Shown piece after piece: positions 58,131 through 64,000 of a stretch of DNA of 64,000 nucleotides; positions within the stretch are counted from its first letter, which is position 1, and each line of letters starts with the position of its first letter. Origin of the DNA: a virus (Duplodnaviria > Caudoviricetes); the IMG/VR virus record IMGVR_UViG_3300046463_000579, positions 943-64,942 of that record, one strand, 5' to 3'. A program made the translations under genes and the position numbers. Below the pieces are notes generated by a model, which made no database searches, was not told where the DNA came from, and saw only the letters and a list, made by a program, of their open reading frames with translations.

Positions 58131-59385
58131 CGAAGATCAGGTCGAGCAGCTCAAGGCCTCGCTCAACGAATTCGGCTTCACGAACCCGGTGCTGCTCGAC
58201 GGCAAGCGGCTGCTCGCCGGCCACGGCCGCACGATCGCCGCGCTCGATATCTTCAAGAAGGGCGGCTCGATCAAAATGTGCCCGCCCGGGCAGATCCCGA
58301 CGATCGATCTCTCGCACCTCACGCCCGTGCAGCAGCGCGCGTACATCATCGCGGACAACAAACTCGCCGAAAACGCCGGCTGGGACTACAACATCCTGAA
58401 GATCGAGATCGACGCGCTCGGCGAGCTCGGCTTCGACCTGGACCTTCTCGGCTTCGGCGCCCAGCTCGCGGAGCTGCTCGCCCCCAGCGAAGAGAACGAA
58501 GGCCTCACCGATCCGGACGAAGTGCCGCCGGTGCCTGACGAGCCCGTGTCGATCGAGGGCGATGTGTGGCTGCTCGGGCGCCATCGCCTCGTGTGCGGCG
58601 ACTCGACGCAAACCGATCTCGTGATGCAGCTCATGGACGGCACGCGCGCCGATATGCTGCACACTGATCCGCCCTATGGCGTCTCCTACAAGGGCGGCCA
58701 GAAGGAATGGGACGGCATCAAAAACGACGCTCTCACCGACGATAGCCTCGTCGACTTCCTGTACGAAGCATTCGCGAGCGCGGTACCGGCCACGAAGCCC
58801 GGGGCGCCGTGGTACGTGTGGCACGCCGATATGACGACCGCGGAATTCGTGAAGGCGCTGAAGATGGTCGACCGCAAGCTCTCGTCGCACATCATCTGGG
58901 TAAAAAACCAGATGGGCGGCGGCTGGGGCGACTACCGCGCGAAGCACGAGCCGTGCATCTACTCGTCCGGCGGCAAATCGGCGTGGTACGGCGGGCGCGA
59001 TCAAAGCACCGTCTGGAATGTGGACCGCGAGCGCGATTATGTGCATCCGACGCAGAAGCCCGTCGAGCTGGTGCGCCGCGCGATCGACAACTCGAGCAAG
59101 GCCGGCGACGCGGTGCTCGATCTCTTCGGCGGATCCGGCTCGACGCTGATCGGCTGCGAGCAGTCGGGCCGCACCGCTTACCTGATGGAGCTCGATCCGC
59201 GCTACGTCGATACGATCGTATTGCGCTGGCAAGGGTTCACCGGGCAAAATGCCGTCCTAGAAAGCGATGGGCGCACGTTCACCGAAATCCTCGCGGAACG
59301 GAAACCGAACGCCGTCCTTACTCCTTCCTCTGAACCCCCAGCCTCCAAGCCCAAGCGTGCCAAGCGCGCTAAGGCCACTGCGTAA
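58012..59385 (+). CDS. ParB/Srx-domain DNA N6-A/N4-C methyltransferase (beta class)
   Basis: NNARTHS..QV...EFGFTNPVL...AGHGR...IADNKL; TDPPYG; HPTQKPV; DLFGGSGST. Confidence 0.92.
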   Translation: MEENQQPLLATDDPAFTGLRIVYMRADELEPYTNNARTHSEDQVEQLKASLNEFGFTNPVLLDGKRLLAGHGRTIAALDIFKKGGSIKMCPPGQIPTIDLSHLTPVQQRAYIIADNKLAENAGWDYNILKIEIDALGELGFDLDLLGFGAQLAELLAPSEENEGLTDPDEVPPVPDEPVSIEGDVWLLGRHRLVCGDSTQTDLVMQLMDGTRADMLHTDPPYGVSYKGGQKEWDGIKNDALTDDSLVDFLYEAFASAVPATKPGAPWYVWHADMTTAEFVKALKMVDRKLSSHIIWVKNQMGGGWGDYRAKHEPCIYSSGGKSAWYGGRDQSTVWNVDRERDYVHPTQKPVELVRRAIDNSSKAGDAVLDLFGGSGSTLIGCEQSGRTAYLMELDPRYVDTIVLRWQGFTGQNAVLESDGRTFTEILAERKPNAVLTPSSEPPASKPKRAKRAKATA

Positions 59386-59472
59386 AAACACCATCGGGCG
59401 CCACACGGCGCCCTTTTGTTATCGCGCGTGGCCGTCCAGTGTGGCGCCGCGCGCCGCATTGGAGCGCTCTAC

Positions 59473-59820
59473 ATGCCCCCTGCTTCTCTCGATCCGGTTG
59501 TCGCGGCCATTGACGGCCTGCGATCGGATCTCACCGCCCGCCACACGCAAAGCGCAGAAGCGATCGCAGAGGTGAAATCCGGCCTCGAGGACAACACCCG
59601 AAAGATCGAGGCGATCCTCAAGGGATTCCCCGATGGAAACCCGGAAGGACACCGCGTCTATCACGAAGAGATCATGCAGGCGATCGCCGACCGCAAGCGC
59701 ATCCGGCAGGCGGTGCTCGAGCACCTGCTCAAGACGAGCACGTGGCTCGTGGTGCTGGGCCTCGGCGGCATGATGCTCGCGTCCGCGCGCAACTGGATCC
59801 GCGGGGTGATCGGTCAATGA
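59473..59820 (+). CDS. Membrane protein of the lysis cassette (holin/antiholin-like)
   Basis: GFPDGNPEGHRVYHE plus C-terminal TM helix. Confidence 0.6.
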   Translation: MPPASLDPVVAAIDGLRSDLTARHTQSAEAIAEVKSGLEDNTRKIEAILKGFPDGNPEGHRVYHEEIMQAIADRKRIRQAVLEHLLKTSTWLVVLGLGGMMLASARNWIRGVIGQ

Positions 59821-60068
59821 AGCTCTCCCCGAACTGGAAAACCCAGCACAAGCGCTATTCCGTCCAAGCGCTCGCCATCGGCGCCACGCTCACAGCCGCA
59901 TGGAACCTCGTCCCCGCTGAACTCCGCACCGATCTGCCCTCGTGGGCGCCGCGCGCGCTCGCCGGCGCGATCTTCGTCTTCGGCCTGATCGGCACCTACC
60001 TCGCACAGCCGTCGCTCAATGGCGACGACGCAACTCAGGGGGAAGGCGATGCCGCGGATCACTCCTGA
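59817..60068 (+). CDS. Holin (2 TM)
   Basis: MKL..NWK...KRYSVQ; two hydrophobic helices; directly before the endolysin. Confidence 0.7.
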   Translation: MKLSPNWKTQHKRYSVQALAIGATLTAAWNLVPAELRTDLPSWAPRALAGAIFVFGLIGTYLAQPSLNGDDATQGEGDAADHS

Positions 60069-60552
60069 AGCTGCCGGCGGGCTGAACGTCTGCGCGTTCC
60101 TCGACGCGATCGCGCATAGCGAGCTGGCCGCGCTGCTCACCGTGCCCGGTTCCGACGATGGCTATAACGTGCTGGTCGGCTGCACGCCGGCCGCGCCCGC
60201 CTTCTTCGCGTCGTACGCCTGCCACCCGCTTCCCAATCCGCCAGGTCGAAAGGCGGGCGCTGTCTGGTCGACGGCCGCGGGCCGGTATCAGATCCTCTCG
60301 AGGTGGTGGCCGCAGTATCAGCGCTCGCTCGCGCTGCCCGACTTCGGGCCGCTCTCACAAGATCGATACGCGATTCAGCAGATCCGCGAGCAGCGCGCGC
60401 TCGACGATGTGAAGGCGGGCCGCTTCGAGGCCGCGGTCGCGAAGTGCCGCAACATATGGGCGAGCCTCCCGGGCGCCGGCTACGGGCAGCACGAGAACAC
60501 GCTCGAGAGCCTGCGCGCGGCTTACCTGCTCGCCGGCGGGACGTGCGCGTAG
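60049..60552 (+). CDS. Endolysin, lambda R-like lytic transglycosylase
   Basis: AFLDAIAHSE, GYNVLVG, STAAGRYQIL, LPDFGPLSQD, WASLPGAGYGQHE. Confidence 0.93.
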   Translation: MPRITPEAAGGLNVCAFLDAIAHSELAALLTVPGSDDGYNVLVGCTPAAPAFFASYACHPLPNPPGRKAGAVWSTAAGRYQILSRWWPQYQRSLALPDFGPLSQDRYAIQQIREQRALDDVKAGRFEAAVAKCRNIWASLPGAGYGQHENTLESLRAAYLLAGGTCA

Positions 60553-60560
60553 CACAGACG

Positions 60561-60590
60561 AAAAAAAGGCCCGCGGTTGCGGGCCTTTCT
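60561..60590. terminator. Bidirectional terminator
   Basis: AAAGGCCCGC-GGTT-GCGGGCCTTT. Confidence 0.8.
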
Positions 60591-60605
60591 CTTTGCGGCG
60601 GGGCT

Positions 60606-62281
60606 TCAGGCGGCGGCACGCGCCTCGAGCGCCTCGAGTGCCGCGCGCAGGCGCGAGATCTCGCCGTCCCTGTCGCGCAGTTGCAGGCGCGTGCGGGCGA
60701 GCGCCTCACGCAGGGCTTCGGCCTCGAGGCCGGCTTCGCGCTGCTGCGCGATCGATTGCTGGCTGAAGGCGTGGTCGGCGGGCACATCGTACGGCTTCGT
60801 GAGGGCGAGGTACGCACGAATCAGTCTTTTCACTTTGCTGCTCTCCTGTTGTCGTCGTTATGAGGGGTTACTTCGTGCGGGCCACGAGATCGCGGCCGGC
60901 CTGCGTGGCGACGTACTGCGTGCGTGCGTCGCCATCGGCGCCGGCGCGCTCCTGCCGCTCGACGAGCCCTCGAGCGGCAAGGCTCTCGAGCATGCGCGCA
61001 CCGCGCGCCGAACCGCTCCACGTGTAAGAGCCGGCGACGATCGCGCGCAGGCACTCGCGCTGCTTGGGTCCGAGAGCGCGGGCCATCAGTGCGCCTCCCG
61101 CTTGACCCAGTTGTCGCCCTTCGCCGCTTTCGTGGGCGGCGAGAGGAACTCGATGTGCATCGAGCCCAGCAGCTCGTCGCCGTGGAACATCAGCACCGTG
61201 TCCTCGCCCACGAGCTTGATCAGCGCCGGGGCCGCCGGATCCGCCGACGCCTTGATGAACTCGAGCGCCTTGGCGCGCATGTAGCGGCGCGCTTCTTTCT
61301 CGCTCAGGTGGCCGATCATCTTTTTCGGGGTGGTCTTCTGTGCCACCGCAGTAAGCCAAACGCTCGACATTTTTTCTCCCTTATCCCTTGATGCGGTATT
61401 CAGCGCGCACGGCCGTCTTGCGAAAAGCGGCGAGCGAACCTTCGATTTCTTCAACGATCGCCGGCGTGGTCACTTCGGCGTTTGCAGCCTCGGTCTTGGC
61501 CGAATCGAGCGACCAGTAATGCCCGATCACCAACGTGGCGAGCGGCTTGCGGTTCTCAGTGAAAAACACGGCTTCGAGCGCGTACGGCGAGGGGTAAATG
61601 CTGCTCATGGCGTGCTCTCCGGTTCAGATATCGAGGCGGCGCATCGCCGCGATTTCGGCCGCTTCTGCTGCGAGCGCCGTGCCACCGCTGTGCTCGCGCA
61701 TCGCCTTGTCGGCCTGCTCCTGAGTAAGCACGCCGCGGCGCACGAGCGCCATGAGATCGCACCCGGGGGTGGCGCTGCCGCTGATCACTCTCTGCACTGG
61801 ATGATTCACTTTTATCTCCGTGGTGATTACATGGACGGACTATAGGCGCGCTATGCGCCCTTCGCAAGTCTTTTATTTATCACCGGGGGAATAAAAAAGC
61901 GCGGGGCTCGCCCGCGCTTATCGCCAATCGCCCGGGTTGCCCCGGTTGCCCTTCTTCCACTGCTCGACCGCTGCATTGCGCAGCGTGGTCGCGGCTGGGG
62001 CGCCTCGTTTCTTCGTGACGAGCTCGAGATAGTCGTCCCGGGCGCCCTCGCCTTCCTCAAGCCGCAGCTTCAGAAACTTCCTCACCTCGCACCTGAAGCG
62101 GTGCTGCTCTGTTGTGCTCATGCAACGATCGTGCAGGTTGATATCGTGGTGATGTTACCAGTCCATCGGGTTCATCGAACTCGGGCTCGAGCTCGAGCTC
62201 TTCATCGTCCGCTTCCGGGCATCCGGGCGCGTGCCCGAACGAGATAAAGCATTCGCTGCACCTTCGCCATTTACGCACCAT
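60606..62281 (-). CDS. Leftward small hypothetical early genes (60606-60833, 60868-61086, 61086-61370, 61381-61608, 61624-61809, 61918-62121, about 62118-62281)
   Basis: Short ORFs, several with GGAG RBS. Confidence 0.45.
61839..61896 (-). promoter_or_regulatory. Leftward promoter with inverted box A in the spacer and a degenerate box B upstream
   Basis: Minus strand TTGCGA-AGGGCGCATAGCGCGCC-TATAGT; TTTATCACCGGGGGAATAAA at about 61876-61896. Confidence 0.65.
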
Positions 62282-62339
62282 GTTCCCTCCATCGAAGTGA
62301 TATCAAAACGATGGAGGGACTATAGCGTCGAGCCGCGCG

Positions 62340-62777
62340 CTAGTGTCGGTTTTTTGTTACCGCTGTGATGATTTCGATCGCGCGTTTGCACTGCTCGATA
62401 TCAAAATAGCCCACGTGACATTGCTTCACGTCGATCCCCATTTCGCCGGCCAGCCACTTATAGCCGGCGTTCCGGGCTTCGAACTGGTTACAGCCGTCGC
62501 GGCGCATCTTCACCTTCCAGAGCGGATCGAAGGCGTCGTGCACCTTCGTCTTCCACTGCCGCAGCTCCGCGTCGGCGAGCCGGCCTAACGGCACATGCCG
62601 GGTGCTGTTGGCGTGGCATCCGACCCACGCCGCGCACGGCACGCACGTCCAGGTCGGCCCGTAGTCGCGCGAGCCGTACGGATAGCCCGCGTCGGCCGCG
62701 CGCAGCAGCACGGCCTTCGCATTGCAATACGGGCAGTACGGCTGCGGCATGGCCTTCACCGGGCGAGCGACTCGCAT
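62340..62777 (-). CDS. DUF3268-like zinc-finger protein
   Basis: CPYC...C.PC.AWVGCH...PLGRLADAELR..K..VH..FDPLWK...YKWLA..MGI....CHVGYFD. Confidence 0.8.
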   Translation of the reverse strand: MRVARPVKAMPQPYCPYCNAKAVLLRAADAGYPYGSRDYGPTWTCVPCAAWVGCHANSTRHVPLGRLADAELRQWKTKVHDAFDPLWKVKMRRDGCNQFEARNAGYKWLAGEMGIDVKQCHVGYFDIEQCKRAIEIITAVTKNRH

Positions 62778-63717
62778 CAGTGCATTGCCGCGCGCTGCTG
62801 CTCGGGGCGCGTCATGGTGAACGGGCCGTGCAGCAGGTTGCGGTTCAGCTCGCCCTTCGTTGCGTGCCGCGGCTCGCCGTCGATCACAGACGTTCCGAGA
62901 TACGTGCCGTTGAGCGTGTGCACGTTGCACATGATCACTTCCTTCGAGCCGTCCCATTCGGAGAGCTCGCGCGGCTTGCCAGTGCGATCGGGGCGATCGG
63001 TCGTCACGTGATAGCCGTGAGTCACGAGATACACCGCGTTCGGCACGATGCCGCCGGGGCCATCAGGCGCCACGAGGATCGAGCGGATCAGGTTCGCGAC
63101 GAGGTGCTGCTTCGCCGTGAGCTCGTCGCGATCCTCCGCGTCGTAGAACGGCAGCAGCAGGTGATCGGGAAATTGAGCCACGCGCACGCGCTCGCCGGGT
63201 CTGATATCGACGATGAAAAGCGCCGCCGCGAGATCCACCTCGCCCCGTTCCCCGTTGAAGTTGTCGACGGCCGTTTGCATGATCAGGTCATAGGTGCGCT
63301 TCAGCTCGTCGAAGCTGGGGGCGTGCTTCTGCATCACTCGCCCCCCTTCGCTGCCAGCAGCGCGGCGCGCGCAACGAGCGGCGCGTCGTTCATCGCTGCG
63401 AGCGTTTCCGCGTCGAAGTAGCTGGCGCCGATGTTCGTCTTCTGCATCGCTGCGCTGTGCATCGCGCACATTGCCTCGAGCGCGGCCACGAGCTGCGCGT
63501 GCGTGTTCCACCGCAGCGCGATCTCGGCGGCGATCTCCGCGGCCTCTTCCTGATCGCCCAGCACGCCCGTGTTTCCCTCGTCGTAATTGCCATGACCGGC
63601 ATACTCGAGCGTCGCCACGTGCACGCCATCGTCGGCCTCGCAGGCCATCAGGACGACCGTGCCATCGGCGTCCACTGCGTGAAGCTGCTGATCGTTCAGA
63701 TTGCTTTTTGCTGCCAT
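62777..63717 (-). CDS. Two hypothetical genes (62777-63334, 63334-63717)
   Basis: TGATG-coupled ORFs. Confidence 0.55.
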
Positions 63718-64000
63718 GTTGATATCACCCCTATGGTTAGAATCGGGTAAGAAGCCCGCGCACCTTCGCCAATGCTTGCGCGAGGGCAGGGCGATCTTCG
63801 ACGGCGCGCTCGATCCAGATCCCGCCGGTGAGCTCGTGCACCGCGGCCTCGAGCTCGGCGCGATCGTCGGCCGCGGCCTGCGCGCGCGAGATCCAGCCTT
63901 GCCATTCGCGTTCTGCGTTCTCGTCGACGAAGGTGCGGCCGAAGGTGGTGCTGCGCTCGAGGTTCAGCAGGAAGGCGCGCGGCGAAGCCTTGAAGCGCTC

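Noticed and set aside
58012-58500. ParB domain as the partition partner of ParA
   Set aside because: It is the ParB/Srx-like N-terminus commonly fused to phage MTases; ParA has its own adjacent RHH partner
57573-59385. HNH + MTase as a restriction-modification system
   Set aside because: Both are common stand-alone phage genes; the HNH is small with an atypical first Cys pair and nothing supports cognate specificity
1-64000. CRISPR array, tRNA or rRNA genes
   Set aside because: No regularly spaced repeat-spacer array and no cloverleaf with a T-loop (GTTCRA) context recognised

Overview
The window is almost entirely a high-GC tailed (siphovirus-type) temperate phage genome. Codon style and gene content suggest a Burkholderiaceae-like host (inference). 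Rightward: terminase small/large subunits, portal, MuF/gp7 head protein, XkdF-type protease, scaffold, capsid, neck, tail tube, frameshifted tail chaperones, tape measure, tail tip, two tail fibres, spanins, a lambda-O-like replication gene with internal iterons, a ParB-MTase, holin and a lambda-R-like endolysin. Leftward: blocks of small early genes plus YqaJ/RecT, an XRE regulator and DUF932. No integrase was recognised; a ParA + ribbon-helix-helix pair, a 28-bp dif-like site and DnaA-box-like motifs point to a phage-plasmid lifestyle. Two loci stand out. (1) A tail fibre has a CxCxCxCxC motif fused to a Hint (self-cleaving) domain and is co-encoded with a radical SAM/SPASM enzyme and a second self-cleaving (S74) fibre, a candidate RiPP-like post-translational modification system for the virion fibre. 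(2) A ~1290-aa head-module polyvalent protein (NUDIX + kinase-like + ADP-ribosyltransferase + helical repeats) is followed by two paralogous acidic genes, and a stand-alone copy of its repeat domain is encoded at 149-559. All product calls come from motif recognition by eye; no database search was run.
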